From: an uncultured Ruminiclostridium sp.
GTDB taxonomy: Bacteria > Bacillota > Clostridia > Oscillospirales > Ruminococcaceae
Direction: 5' to 3'
Length of the DNA: 64,000 bases
Assembly: GCA_964456025.1 (NCBI GenBank)
Contig: CAYVZH010000010.1
Span: 349-64,348 of the forward strand
Positions 1 to 10,221 of this stretch are shown here, piece after piece. Within the stretch, counting starts at the first letter, position 1, and every line of letters starts with the position of its first letter. The translations under genes and the position numbers were made by a program. The notes under the pieces were generated by a model. The model was not told where the DNA came from, made no database searches, and was given only the letters and a program-made list of their open reading frames with translations.

Positions 1-701
1 ACGATTACGAGCTTTCCCAGCTCGCGGTCAGTATCCAGCAAAACGGAATTTTACAGCCGCTCACCGTCCGCAGGCTCGAAAGCGGGATCGCCTACGAGCT
101 GATCGCGGGGGAACGGCGGCTTCGCGCCTGTAAGCTGTTAAATATGTCGTATGTCCCCTGTATCATCATCGAAACGACCAACCGGGACAGCGCCATTCTT
201 GCCGTCGTCGAAAATCTCCAGCGCTCAGAGCTGAATTACATGGAGGAAGCGTACGCGATCAAAAACCTGATCGACTATTACGGACTGACGCAGGAGGAGA
301 CCGCCGCGCGGCTCGGGATCGCGCAGTCCACCATTGCCAACAAGCTGAGGCTCTTAAAGCTCAGCGACGAGGAAAAGGCGATGTCGTTGCGCTTCGGGCT
401 GAACGAACGGCAGGCGCGGGCGCTTCTCCGGCTCGGTCCCGAAAAGCGAAAGCCCGCGATCGAGTACATCAGCGCAAACCGTCTCAATACGGCGCAGGCC
501 GACCGCTATGTGGACGAGCTTCTGAGCGAGAAGCCGAAGCCGAAGATCCGGAAGCGCTGGGGCTTCCGAGCGGTAAACCTCTACATCAACACGTTCAACA
601 AGACGATCGACGCGATGAAGGAGGCGGGGATCAACTGTGAGGCGAGCAGGAACAAGACCGAGGAATTTATGGAGTATATCGTGAAAATCCCCCTGCGGTG
701 A
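1..701 (+). CDS. ParB/Spo0J/Noc-family DNA-binding protein (5' truncated by window edge)
   Basis: The frame stays open upstream of ORF 144 to the window start (..IQQNGILQPLTVR..YELIAGERRLRAC..), giving the ParB-N motif GERRxRA plus the HTH GLTQEETAARLG. Confidence 0.85.
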   Translation, partial: DYELSQLAVSIQQNGILQPLTVRRLESGIAYELIAGERRLRACKLLNMSYVPCIIIETTNRDSAILAVVENLQRSELNYMEEAYAIKNLIDYYGLTQEETAARLGIAQSTIANKLRLLKLSDEEKAMSLRFGLNERQARALLRLGPEKRKPAIEYISANRLNTAQADRYVDELLSEKPKPKIRKRWGFRAVNLYINTFNKTIDAMKEAGINCEASRNKTEEFMEYIVKIPLR

Positions 702-831
702 GGGCTTTCTTTTGGTAACTTATCAGAAGATCTGCTTTAGAAATTCTTGATTTTATTTGTTTTTAACAAGAATTGCGGCCTGACAGCCGCAGAGTCGGAA
801 ATCAGGAAGAATTGCGATGGGAAAAAGGATT

Positions 832-895
832 CCAAAGGAAAAAGTTTCCTTTGGCGGGGGTTTGGGGGCAGAGCCCCCTCGGCATATTTTTCTTT
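832..895 (+). repeat. REP-like family B arm (solo, diverged)
   Basis: Hairpin CCAAAGGAAA..TTTCCTTTGG followed by GGGGGTTTGGGGGCAGAGCCCCC and a T-rich tail, the same architecture as the other family B arms. Confidence 0.6.
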
Positions 896-910
896 TTAAG
901 CTCTCTTTAC

Positions 911-1858
911 TTAAAAGAAAAAAGAAGCAATCATAACAAGCAGCCCGACGATCACCGCCGGCGAGCGGAGCATTTCCCCTCCCGCGCCGCGGGCGGAGAG
1001 GGATTCGCGCGAGTGAAGCGCGAAACAGCCGCGCCTTGCCGTAACGACCACCGCGATTATACCGAACGGGAACATCAGATTCAGCACCGCCGAAAACACG
1101 TCCGAAAGCTCCTGCGTTTCGGGAATGGCAGCAGGCAGATAGGTCGAAACGCAGACGAGCAGATTGTTCGCCGCGTGGAGGATTACCGTCGGGCGGATCG
1201 AATTCGCGCGGACGGCGATCACGGCATAAAAGAACCCGAGAAGCGCGGCATAGGCGAACTGGTCGAAATTCCCGTGATACAGCCCGAAGATCAGTCCGCT
1301 CGTCACGGCGGCAGCGAGATCGTGAAACCGCCGGAGCGGCTTCAGGAGGAGATCCCGGAACAGATATTCCTCCGCGAGCGGGGCAACCACGCAGATACAG
1401 AGCATGAAAATACCGAGCTGTAAAGGATTCTGCGGCTTCATTCCGCCGAACACCTCCGGGATCTCTCCCGTTCCGAAAAGCCGGTCGAGGATCCCGTTAA
1501 TCAGCTTGGTCAGGATCGTACCAAGCGAGCCCGCCGCGACGCCTGCCAAAAAAAGGGCAAAGGAGTCGCACGAAAAACGCGCGTAGGAGCCGTCCGGCAC
1601 AAACGCCGCCCGCTCACGCCGGAACATCGCGCGGATCAGCAGGATCGGGAAAACGTACGCCGAAAGCTCGTTTAAGAGCATGAGCGCGGTGTAATAGCCG
1701 TCGGTATCCTTCTCGACGCGAAGCCCGAGAAGCGAAAAAAGCAGCGAAAAAAGGATCGGCGCGGCGACATTGTTCAAAACAAGAAGCACCATGGCGATCC
1801 CGTATTTATATGCGGTTTCTTTTAGGGCAGGACTTCGCTCTTCCCTGAATTCGGTCAT
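911..1858 (-). CDS. CPBP (CAAX/Abi) family intramembrane glutamic endopeptidase
   Basis: Multi-TM protein with APLAEEYLFR, FGLYHGN and VILHAANN motifs. Start moved to ATG 1858 because the ORF extension runs into a repeat. Confidence 0.85.
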   Translation of the reverse strand: MTEFREERSPALKETAYKYGIAMVLLVLNNVAAPILFSLLFSLLGLRVEKDTDGYYTALMLLNELSAYVFPILLIRAMFRRERAAFVPDGSYARFSCDSFALFLAGVAAGSLGTILTKLINGILDRLFGTGEIPEVFGGMKPQNPLQLGIFMLCICVVAPLAEEYLFRDLLLKPLRRFHDLAAAVTSGLIFGLYHGNFDQFAYAALLGFFYAVIAVRANSIRPTVILHAANNLLVCVSTYLPAAIPETQELSDVFSAVLNLMFPFGIIAVVVTARRGCFALHSRESLSARGAGGEMLRSPAVIVGLLVMIASFFF

Positions 1859-1889
1859 CGGCGACGTTTGAATCACTCCTTTCGTGTCA

Positions 1890-1990
1890 TACTGTTTCAC
1901 GACCCGAATGTGTACAAAAATTCAAGCAAAAGCTTTGATTTATGCGGTTTTGTGCAGAATTTTTGTCTACACATTGGGAGTGAAACAGTA
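1890..1990 (+). mobile_element. Family A palindromic MITE-like element (101 bp)
   Basis: Terminal inverted repeats TACTGTTTCAC/GTGAAACAGTA, core CAAGCAAAAGCTTTGATTTATGCGGTTTTG, flanked by TCA and TTA. The TTA is the stop codon of the adjacent gene. Confidence 0.75.
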
Positions 1991-3058
1991 TTAGGAAAAG
2001 ATCATTGTACTCAGCAGGTTTGCCAGCGCCCCCGTATACGTGTCGATCATCAGAAGCACCGCGACCGCCATCGGAACCGTCAGCAGGAGCATTTTCACCT
2101 TTTTCCCGTTCCCGATCTCGTCCCAGACCTTCGGGACGCGGTAGCGGCGGATCTGCTTCAGCTTGATGAACAGGTGGACGATCCCCGCGAGCCCGAGCAG
2201 AAGCGCGCTGATCGTATAGACCGCGAAAACGACGATCATCAGCATATCCCCGTCGGGGATCTCGCCCTCCGCCGCGCCCGAAAGAAGGTAATCCTGCACC
2301 GAGGGCGTGGCGATCAGGAGGGCGATCCCGCCCGAAACGCTGTTTACCAGAATGTGGATCACCGTCGTCGGGATCAGCGAATCGGTCACGTCCGCGATAT
2401 AGCCGAGCGCGATCCCGATCGCCGCCGCGTAAAAGCACTGGCTTAAATTCCCGTGGAAAAGGCCGAAGAAGATCCCGGTAAAAAAGATCGCAAGACCGTT
2501 CCCGTAGGGCTTCAGCGTCCGAAGCAGCGTTCCGCGGAACACAAATTCCTCAAAGATCGGCGCAATGACCGCCGCGAATAGGAAAAATGCCCAGGCGGTT
2601 CCCATGTTCGGCGCAAGCATTTGCGTGATCGGATTCATGGATTCGGTCAGGTCGCTGTCCTTCGTGGCGAAATAGGTCACCGCGACCGTCAGAAGGTTCA
2701 GAAGCTGTCCAAGCCCGTATACGGCAGGGAAGTTCCCGACCGCGCGGGCGCATTTTTTCGGGACATGGTACAGCGCGCGCAGCTTTTTGCCCCGTTCGCC
2801 GAAAAACCCGAACATTCCCGCGCTGATGACGGCGGGGAGGAACTGTAAAAAAAGGAAAGAGACCGTTAAATGGAGAAGATAGAGCGCATCGGGAGAAAGA
2901 CGTTCCCCGCCGAGCCGGTAAAGCAGCTCCAGCGAAAGGCTCGCGGGAACGCGGAGAAAAATAATGACCGCCGCGAAAACGCCCACCTTATAGGCGGTCT
3001 TTTTATATTCGGGAAGCAGGGAAACCACCTCCACCGATTCGGATATTCTTTCTTCCAT
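1991..3058 (-). CDS. CPBP (CAAX/Abi) family intramembrane glutamic endopeptidase
   Basis: APIFEEFVFRG, FGLFHGN and VIHILVN motifs; multi-TM. Confidence 0.85.
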   Translation of the reverse strand: MEERISESVEVVSLLPEYKKTAYKVGVFAAVIIFLRVPASLSLELLYRLGGERLSPDALYLLHLTVSFLFLQFLPAVISAGMFGFFGERGKKLRALYHVPKKCARAVGNFPAVYGLGQLLNLLTVAVTYFATKDSDLTESMNPITQMLAPNMGTAWAFFLFAAVIAPIFEEFVFRGTLLRTLKPYGNGLAIFFTGIFFGLFHGNLSQCFYAAAIGIALGYIADVTDSLIPTTVIHILVNSVSGGIALLIATPSVQDYLLSGAAEGEIPDGDMLMIVVFAVYTISALLLGLAGIVHLFIKLKQIRRYRVPKVWDEIGNGKKVKMLLLTVPMAVAVLLMIDTYTGALANLLSTMIFS

Positions 3059-3094
3059 GCGCTTTTCCTTCCTTGTTTTTTGTTTAGACAGAAT

Positions 3095-3450
3095 TTTAAG
3101 AGAAAAAATATATTACCGGGGGACGCTGTCCCCCGAACCCCCTGCAACCCTTTGAAAAGGCTTGACCTAAACTTTAATATTGCTTTATTGGGATATAATA
3201 AAAAGGAGAAAGTTTTTTACAATTAGACAAGTTTAGGAAAAATTCGACGAATAGTTAAAAATTCCTTGCTTTTAATAAATTTGAAAAAGCGATATTGCCT
3301 TTCGCTTCCTTTCGGTGTCGAAAGGAAGTGGGGTTCGGGGCGCGACAGGAGGTCGCGAGGTAAGCGCCCAAGGCGCCGCACGGACGCGGCGCAAAACAAA
3401 GCGCTTGCCAACGAAGCTCCCCAAAATAAATATATTTTCTCTCTTTTTTC
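3095..3450. repeat. Family B bipartite REP-like element (two inverted arms around a 99-bp AT-rich spacer)
   Basis: Left arm ends AATATTGCTTT (3186) and right arm starts AAAGCGATATTGCC (3286). GGGGACGCTGTCCCC hairpin. 3155-3186 is the exact reverse complement of 63501-63532. Confidence 0.75.
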
Positions 3451-3470
3451 TCTTATAATCTCTCAAAAAC

Positions 3471-4853
3471 TTACTTTTTCTTTCTCAGTTTATTTTTTTC
3501 CCAATGCTCGATCACGCGGGTATCGGCGCGCTCGACGGCGAGACCGTCAGCGGGGACGTTTCCGGTAATGGTCGAGCCGGCGCCCGTCGTCGCGTTCGCG
3601 CCGATCTCGACCGGCGCGACGAGGTTCGTATTACAGCCGATAAAGGCATGATCGCCGATCACGGTACGGTATTTATTGATCCCGTCGTAATTTGCCGTAA
3701 CGCAGCCGCAGCCGAAGTTCACCCCGCGCCCGACGTCGCTGTCCCCGATATAGGTCAGGTGTCCCGCCGAGGTATTTTCGCCGATCTCGGAGTTCTTTAC
3801 CTCGACAAAATCGCCGATCTTGACCCCCTCGTGCAGGATCGTACCGGGACGAAGGTGGGCGAACGGGCCGACCTTTGCACGGTCACGGATCTCGGCAGAA
3901 TACGCCTGTACCGCGTTTAAAACAACGCCGTTCCCAATGCGGCAGTTCTCGATCACACAGGACGGGCCGATCACACAGCCCTCACCGATCTCGGTCGTTC
4001 CCCGAAGGATCGTATTCGGGAGGATCCTTGTATCCCGCCCGATCTTTACGTCCTTCCCGATGATGACGCCGTCCACGCTCAGGAATTCCACCCCGTTCGC
4101 GAGGTGTTCCTCAAAAACGCGGAGCCGCGCGACCTCGTTCAGCATGAGCAGCCCCTTCCGATCGTTCGCCCCGAGGACGAGATCGGGATTTTCCGCGGTA
4201 AAGCATTCCGCCCGTCCGCCCTTTTCGCGGATCAGCGCGACCGTATCGGTCAGGTAATATTCGCCCGTGATCGGGTTCGGCGAAAGCAGCGAAAGCGCGT
4301 CCGAAAGCGCCTTTCCGTTAAACCAGTAGACCCCCGCATTCACCTCGGCAATGGCTCTCTGCTCATCGGTGCAGTCCTTCTGCTCCACGATCGAGAGGAA
4401 TTCGCCGCTTTCGCCGCGGACGATCCGCCCGTAGCCTGTCGGGTCGCTCAGCTCCGACGAAACGACGGTCACGGCGTTCCCGTTCTCCTCATGAAGCCGA
4501 AGCGCGTCCGTGATCGTCCGCACATCGACGAACGGCATATCGCCGTTAAACACAAGCACGTTTTCGCTCTGTTCGATTAGCGGGAGCGCCTGCCGCACGG
4601 CGTGACCCGTGCCCTTCCGCTCGCTTTGCAGATACGTCTGTAAAAATCCGCGGCGGGAAAGGTAATCGGTGACCTCCTCCGCGCCGCTCCCGATCACGAT
4701 CCCGATCTCCTTCGGAGAAAATCCCGCGCCCGTTACGCTGTCGAGGATCCAGCCGAGCATGGGCTGCTCCAGCACCTCGCAAAGCACCTTCGGGTGAGCG
4801 GATTTCATGCGTTTTCCGTCTCCTGCCGCTAAAATGACCGCACACTGTTTCAT
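3471..4853 (-). CDS. glmU: Bifunctional UDP-GlcNAc pyrophosphorylase / GlcN-1-P acetyltransferase
   Basis: ILAAGDGKRMKS..PKVL motif, EYYLTD, C-terminal hexapeptide repeats, 460 aa. Confidence 0.97.
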   Translation of the reverse strand: MKQCAVILAAGDGKRMKSAHPKVLCEVLEQPMLGWILDSVTGAGFSPKEIGIVIGSGAEEVTDYLSRRGFLQTYLQSERKGTGHAVRQALPLIEQSENVLVFNGDMPFVDVRTITDALRLHEENGNAVTVVSSELSDPTGYGRIVRGESGEFLSIVEQKDCTDEQRAIAEVNAGVYWFNGKALSDALSLLSPNPITGEYYLTDTVALIREKGGRAECFTAENPDLVLGANDRKGLLMLNEVARLRVFEEHLANGVEFLSVDGVIIGKDVKIGRDTRILPNTILRGTTEIGEGCVIGPSCVIENCRIGNGVVLNAVQAYSAEIRDRAKVGPFAHLRPGTILHEGVKIGDFVEVKNSEIGENTSAGHLTYIGDSDVGRGVNFGCGCVTANYDGINKYRTVIGDHAFIGCNTNLVAPVEIGANATTGAGSTITGNVPADGLAVERADTRVIEHWEKNKLRKKK

Positions 4854-4989
4854 CTGATAACCGTTCCTTTCCTCTTGGGATCACGCTGTTTCCCTTTATC
4901 ATTACTATTCCCGCCGAAGGCGGAATATACGGACGTTCTTCGCCCCGTTATACGAAAAGCAACACGCGCCATGCGTATTGCTTTTGTTT

Positions 4990-5700
4990 TTATTCCCCAA
5001 GATACGCCTTTTTAATGCTCTCGTCGTTGATCAGGTCGGACGCCGCGCCCGAAAGCTTGATCGTTCCCGTTTCGAGGACATACGCGCGGTCGGCGATCGA
5101 AAGCGCCTTTTTCGCGTTCTGTTCTACCAGAAGAACCGTTGTTCCGCCCGAACGGATCTTCTGGATAATATCGAAAATCTCGTTTACATAAAGCGGCGAA
5201 AGCCCCATGGATGGCTCGTCCATCAGAATGATCGACGGCTTACTCATCAGCGCGCGCCCCATCGCGAGCATTTGCTGCTCACCGCCAGAAAGCGTTCCCG
5301 CGATCTGCGTGCGCCGTTCCTCAAGGCGGGGAAAACGCTCGTACACGTTCTTCAGCGACTCGGCGACCTCCGCCTTATCCTTCCGCGTATATGCCCCCAT
5401 CATGAGGTTTTCGTACACGGTAAGCTGCTGAAACACGCGCCGCCCCTCGGGAACGTGCGCCATACCCATGGAAACAATCTTATGCGCGGGAGTTTTGGTG
5501 AGCTCCTTCCCGTTAAAGAGAATGCTCCCGTGCTTCGCGGGGATCAGTCCCGTCACCGTATGGAGAATGGTCGTTTTTCCCGCGCCGTTCGCGCCGATCA
5601 GGGCAATGACCTCCCCCTGTCCAACCTCAAAGGAAACGCCGCGGATCGCCTTAATGACCCCGTAGTTTACCTCGAGGTCGTGTATTTCAAGCATTGCCAT
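4990..5700 (-). CDS. livF: Branched-chain amino acid ABC transporter ATP-binding protein
   Basis: GANGAGKTT, VPEGRRVF, LSGGEQQMLAMGRALM. Confidence 0.95.
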   Translation of the reverse strand: MAMLEIHDLEVNYGVIKAIRGVSFEVGQGEVIALIGANGAGKTTILHTVTGLIPAKHGSILFNGKELTKTPAHKIVSMGMAHVPEGRRVFQQLTVYENLMMGAYTRKDKAEVAESLKNVYERFPRLEERRTQIAGTLSGGEQQMLAMGRALMSKPSIILMDEPSMGLSPLYVNEIFDIIQKIRSGGTTVLLVEQNAKKALSIADRAYVLETGTIKLSGAASDLINDESIKKAYLGE

Positions 5701-5722
5701 CGCTGTTTTCAGCCCTTTCTAC

Positions 5723-6487
5723 TTACTCGCCCAGATAAGCGGTAATGACCTGCGGATCGTTTAAAACCTGCGCAGTCTCACCCTGCACCAGAACCTGTCC
5801 GAAGTTCAGTACCGTAAGCTCCTCACAGATCCCGCTTACAAGCCGCATATCGTGCTCGATCAGAAGGATCGTCATATCAAATTTATCGCGGACGAAGCGG
5901 ATCGTGCTCATCAGCTCCTCCGTCTCGTTCGGGTTCATGCCCGCCGCCGGCTCGTCAAGAAGCAGAAGCTTCGGATCGGTCGCGAGCGCCCGCGCGATCT
6001 CAAGCTTTCTCTGCTTTCCGTAGGGGAGGTTCGCGGCGGTAATATTCGCCTCTTTTTCAAGTCCCATGACCGTCAGCAGCTCCATCGCCCGCTCGTTCAT
6101 CTGCTTTTCCACTTTAAAATACCGCGGGAGCCGTAAGATCCCCTCAATCGTCGTATAGCCCATGCGGTTATGAAGCCCGACCTTTACGTTATCGAGCACG
6201 CTCAGCGCCTTAAACAGGCGGATATTCTGAAACGTGCGGGCGATCCCGGCTTTATTGATCGAGATCGTATTCATGCCGACGATATTTTTCCCGTCGAGAA
6301 GCACCGTCCCCGTATCCGCCTTATAAACGCCCGTCAGGAGGTTGAACGCCGTGGTTTTTCCCGCGCCGTTCGGTCCGATCATGCCGTAAAGCTGTCCCTT
6401 CCGGATCGTCATGTTCAGGTCGTTTACCGCCTTTAAGCCGCCGAAGGAGATCCCGAGGTGCGTTACCTCAAGCATATTTTCGCTCAT
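5723..6487 (-). CDS. livG: Branched-chain amino acid ABC transporter ATP-binding protein
   Basis: GPNGAGKTT, GIARTFQNIRLF, LPYGKQRKLEIARALA, DEPAAGMNP. Confidence 0.95.
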   Translation of the reverse strand: MSENMLEVTHLGISFGGLKAVNDLNMTIRKGQLYGMIGPNGAGKTTAFNLLTGVYKADTGTVLLDGKNIVGMNTISINKAGIARTFQNIRLFKALSVLDNVKVGLHNRMGYTTIEGILRLPRYFKVEKQMNERAMELLTVMGLEKEANITAANLPYGKQRKLEIARALATDPKLLLLDEPAAGMNPNETEELMSTIRFVRDKFDMTILLIEHDMRLVSGICEELTVLNFGQVLVQGETAQVLNDPQVITAYLGE

Positions 6488-7569
6488 GCGCCCGCGCCCC
6501 CTTCCGTCGCTTCCGTTTTCTTTTTAAACAGCTTCGCGCGGATCGTGTTTTTCAGCGACTCGCGCAGCCCGATCGCCTTCGGGCTCCAGTTAAAGAGCAT
6601 GACCGCGATCAGTACGACCGCGTACACGAGCATTCGGTAATCCCCGATAAAGCGGAGCCGCTCGGGTAAAATGTACAGGATAATCGTCGCGATGACCGAG
6701 CCGCGAATGCTCCCGATCCCGCCGAGTACGACGTATACGAGGATCATGATCGAGGCGTTATAGTTGAACTTGTCCCCCGCGGAGGTCAGCGTGGCGTAGT
6801 TATGGGAGTAAAGCGCGCCCGCCGCGCCCGCGAGCGCCGCCGAGATGGTAAAAACCATGAGCTTGTATTTCGTAATATTGATCCCGACGGATTCCGCCGC
6901 GATCCGGTTGTCGCGGATCGACATGATCGCCCTTCCGTCGCGGGAATTTACCAGATTCAGCACGATAAACAGCGTGATTATCACGAGGATAAACCCGACC
7001 GTAAAGGTCGAATCCTGCGGCGTTCCCGTAATTCCCTGCGCGCCCTTGATAATGACCTTTCCGTCGGATTCCAGCCCGAGCGCCATCGTGTTTTCAAGCG
7101 AAAAATGAAGCCCTCTCGAATCAACGCCGAGATTGATGACATTTACGACATTTTTAATGATCTCCCCGAACGCAAGCGTTACGATCGCGAGATAGTCGCC
7201 CTTTAAGCGGAGCACCGGAATTCCGATCAGGATCCCGAAGATCGCCGCCGACGCCGCGCCGATCAGGATCGCGAGCGTAAAGCGAAGCGGAACCGCCGTG
7301 ATCGTTTCCTCCATACAGCGGGAAAAGACCGCGCTCGTATACGCGCCGACGCACATGAAGCCCGCGTGTCCGAGGCTAAGCTCTCCGAGAACGCCGACCA
7401 CGAGATTCAGCGAGACCGCCATCACGATATAAATGCAAAGCGGAACGAGATAGCCGCGCATCGAGCTGGAGAGATTCCCCGTCCCCTGTAAAATCATCAT
7501 CACGGCATACGCGGCGATCACGATCCCGTAGGTGACGGATTGATTGATCAGATTCTTTCTTTTGTTCAT
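6484..7569 (-). CDS. livM: Branched-chain amino acid ABC transporter permease
   Basis: LSLGHAGF, RLKGDYLAIVTLAFGEII, GGIGSIRG. Confidence 0.93.
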   Translation of the reverse strand: MNKRKNLINQSVTYGIVIAAYAVMMILQGTGNLSSSMRGYLVPLCIYIVMAVSLNLVVGVLGELSLGHAGFMCVGAYTSAVFSRCMEETITAVPLRFTLAILIGAASAAIFGILIGIPVLRLKGDYLAIVTLAFGEIIKNVVNVINLGVDSRGLHFSLENTMALGLESDGKVIIKGAQGITGTPQDSTFTVGFILVIITLFIVLNLVNSRDGRAIMSIRDNRIAAESVGINITKYKLMVFTISAALAGAAGALYSHNYATLTSAGDKFNYNASIMILVYVVLGGIGSIRGSVIATIILYILPERLRFIGDYRMLVYAVVLIAVMLFNWSPKAIGLRESLKNTIRAKLFKKKTEATEGGAGA

Positions 7570-7649
7570 GGAACGCCCTCCGTAAAATCACGACCCCGAA
7601 AACGAACGGGAACCGCGGGATTTCACCCTGTAATAATAAATCAACCTTA

Positions 7650-7680
7650 TTTTCGGTACACTTTTCATCGAAAATCAGTA
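7650..7680 (+). mobile_element. Family A MITE right-end remnant
   Basis: TTTTCGGTACACTTTTCATCGAAAATCAGTA matches the right end of the copies at 43154-43412. It is followed by TCA, the livH stop codon on the minus strand. Confidence 0.6.
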
Positions 7681-8568
7681 TCAGACCTTTTCCTGTATGT
7701 TCTTTCCGAGAATTCCCGTCGGCTTTACAAGAAGAATCACGATCAGGATCAGGAATACGATCGCGTCCGCCATCTGCGAGGAAATATACGCCTTTCCGAG
7801 GATCTCGATGATCCCGATCAGAAGCCCGCCGATCATCGCGCCGGGGATTGAACCGATCCCGCCGAATACCGCCGCGACAAACGCCTTGATCCCGGGCATG
7901 GTTCCCGTATAGGGGGTAAGCTGAGGATATGCCGAGCACATGAGCGCGCCCGCGATCGCCGCAAGCGCGGATCCGATCGCAAAGGTAAGCGCGATCGTTC
8001 CGTTTACGTTGATCCCCATGAGCATGGCGGCGCCGCGATCCTCCGAGACCGCCTGCATAGCCTGTCCCGCCTTGGTTTTCTTAATAAAGAAGGTCAGGCC
8101 GATCATAATCACGATACAAGCCCCGATCGTCGCCAGCGCGATCGGCGTAATCGTAAGCTCGTCGCCCGCAAGCTCGATCGGCGGCGCGCTGATCACGGGG
8201 GTAAAGGTCTTTGCGTCCGCGCCGAAGATTAAGAGCGCGATATTCTGAAGAAAATAGCTGACGCCGATCGCCGTGATCAGTACCGCGAGCGACGAGGACG
8301 CGTTCCGGAGCGGGCGGTAGGCGATCCGTTCGACCACGACGCCGAGGACGGTACAGAACGCCATCGCGATCAGAAGCGCGAGAACCGCGTTCATTCCGAA
8401 ATTCGCCATACAGGTAAACACCGCGAAGCCGCCGATCATGATGACGTCTCCGTGCGCGAAGTTCAGCATTTTCGCGATCCCGTAAACCATGGTATAGCCG
8501 AGCGCGATGATCGCGTAAACGCTCCCGAGACTCAGCCCGTTAATAAAATATTTTAAAAAGCTCATCAT
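7681..8568 (-). CDS. livH: Branched-chain amino acid ABC transporter permease
   Basis: FINGLSLGSVYAIIALGYTMVYGI..LNFAHGD; start set at MMSFLK after an AGGAG RBS. Confidence 0.95.
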   Translation of the reverse strand: MMSFLKYFINGLSLGSVYAIIALGYTMVYGIAKMLNFAHGDVIMIGGFAVFTCMANFGMNAVLALLIAMAFCTVLGVVVERIAYRPLRNASSSLAVLITAIGVSYFLQNIALLIFGADAKTFTPVISAPPIELAGDELTITPIALATIGACIVIMIGLTFFIKKTKAGQAMQAVSEDRGAAMLMGINVNGTIALTFAIGSALAAIAGALMCSAYPQLTPYTGTMPGIKAFVAAVFGGIGSIPGAMIGGLLIGIIEILGKAYISSQMADAIVFLILIVILLVKPTGILGKNIQEKV

Positions 8569-8779
8569 AGGAGAAGGCTCCTTTCTGTCCCGAATTATGC
8601 CCGCGCGTCGGGAGCGGGAAAAGATCAAATCACCGGTATACCCGCGGTGAAAAGCGGCTCAAAGCGCTCCCGCGGATATACCGCTGATTAAGGCAAATTT
8701 TAAGCGTTCGCCTTAACCGCGCAAACCGCCGACGCGAAATCCGTATCGGCGGTTGACTGTTCGGTAGAAAAATCGGAAA

Positions 8780-9982
8780 TTACTGCATCGCCTTGTAAGA
8801 GCCGGTCATTTTGCCCTCCGCGTCGGGAGCGATCTCGATCACGACCGCCTTCGGCGCCTTAGAAGGCTCGCCGTCCGCGTCCCAGGTGGTGTTGTCGCCG
8901 GTCAGACCGTTAAAGGTGATCTGCGTCATCGCCTCGGAGATCTTCGAGCACATATCCGCGGTACTCATATCCGCGGTAACGCCCGCTTTTTCCGCAGCCG
9001 CCTTGATGATATACATCGCGTCATACGCGTCCGCCGCGAACTGGTTCGGGGTTTCGCCGAATTTCTCAACATACTTCTTTACAAACGCAACGGTCTTATC
9101 GTCGGTCGCGTCCGCCGCGAACGGGGTAAGGAGCATAACGCCCTCGGTCAGGGTCACGTCGAAGTTGTCGAGCGAAAGAATTCCGTCCATACCGTCTACA
9201 CCGAAGAACTTTGCGTCAAGACCCAGCGTCTTGGACTGGGACAGGATCAGGGAAGCTTCCTGATAATAGATCGGGAGGAATACGAGATCCGCGCCGCTGT
9301 CCTTCGCCTTCTGGATCTGTACCGAGAAGTCGGTCTTGGAGTCGTCGGTAAAGGCTTCCGCCGAAACGATCTCAAACGGCTGATCCGCCGCCTCTTCCGC
9401 GAACTTCTCATAAATACCGGTGGAGTAAATATCCGAGCTGTTGTAGATGACCGCTACCTTGTTCGCGAGAGCGTTCATGCCGATATAGTCCGCCGCGCCG
9501 ACGCCCTGGTTCGGGTCGGAGAAGCATACGCGGAACGCGTTACTGTACTTTACGCATTCTACCGCGGAGCCGGAAGGCGTGAGCTGGAACATATTGTCCT
9601 TGTGCGTTTCCTCAACGACCGCCTGGCAGGGCGAGGAGGTAACGGTTCCCATCAGGATCTGCATTCCCCAGTCCTTTAAGTTATTGTATGCGTTTACCGA
9701 CTTTTCGGGATCGTGAACGTCGTCCTCATACTTGAATTCAACGGTCATGCCGTTAATGCCGCCCGCCGCGTTGATCTCCTCGACCGCGATCTCCGCCGCG
9801 TTCTTAACCGCCTGCCCATAAACCGCAGCGCCGCCGGTGATCGGTCCGATTCCGCCGATCTTCAGGGTATTGCCGCCTGCCGAAGAGCCGCCGTTCGAGC
9901 CTTCGTCGGAGCAGCCCGCGAATGCCGTCAACATCGCCATGGCGCAAAGACCCGCGCCGAGCTTTTTCAGTAATGTTTTCAT
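8780..9982 (-). CDS. BCAA ABC transporter substrate-binding lipoprotein (LivJ/LivK family)
   Basis: Lipobox FAGC, KIGGIGPITGGAAVYG, EINAAGGING; first gene of the liv operon. Confidence 0.93.
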   Translation of the reverse strand: MKTLLKKLGAGLCAMAMLTAFAGCSDEGSNGGSSAGGNTLKIGGIGPITGGAAVYGQAVKNAAEIAVEEINAAGGINGMTVEFKYEDDVHDPEKSVNAYNNLKDWGMQILMGTVTSSPCQAVVEETHKDNMFQLTPSGSAVECVKYSNAFRVCFSDPNQGVGAADYIGMNALANKVAVIYNSSDIYSTGIYEKFAEEAADQPFEIVSAEAFTDDSKTDFSVQIQKAKDSGADLVFLPIYYQEASLILSQSKTLGLDAKFFGVDGMDGILSLDNFDVTLTEGVMLLTPFAADATDDKTVAFVKKYVEKFGETPNQFAADAYDAMYIIKAAAEKAGVTADMSTADMCSKISEAMTQITFNGLTGDNTTWDADGEPSKAPKAVVIEIAPDAEGKMTGSYKAMQ

Positions 9983-10221
9983 TCTGATCTTCCTTTCTTT
10001 CTTTGCTGTTTACACATGAAAAATCGAGCTTTTTCGCCCTATTTATGGTGGACTTTTTCGTTGAAATTATTTCTCCGAAAAATCTCCTGTTTTAAGAATA
10101 TAGTATTTGCATTTTTTTGTCAAGAGCAATTTAGGAGAAATGAACGCCCCCGAACCCCGTTTTTTTGGAAAAATGCCACAAAAAATGAATGAAGCAAAAG
10201 TAAAACTTGCAGAAGGGGCAT

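Noticed and set aside
10065-10085. CodY box upstream of the liv operon
   Set aside because: About 4 mismatches to AATTTTCWGAAAATT in AT-rich DNA; not distinguishable from chance.
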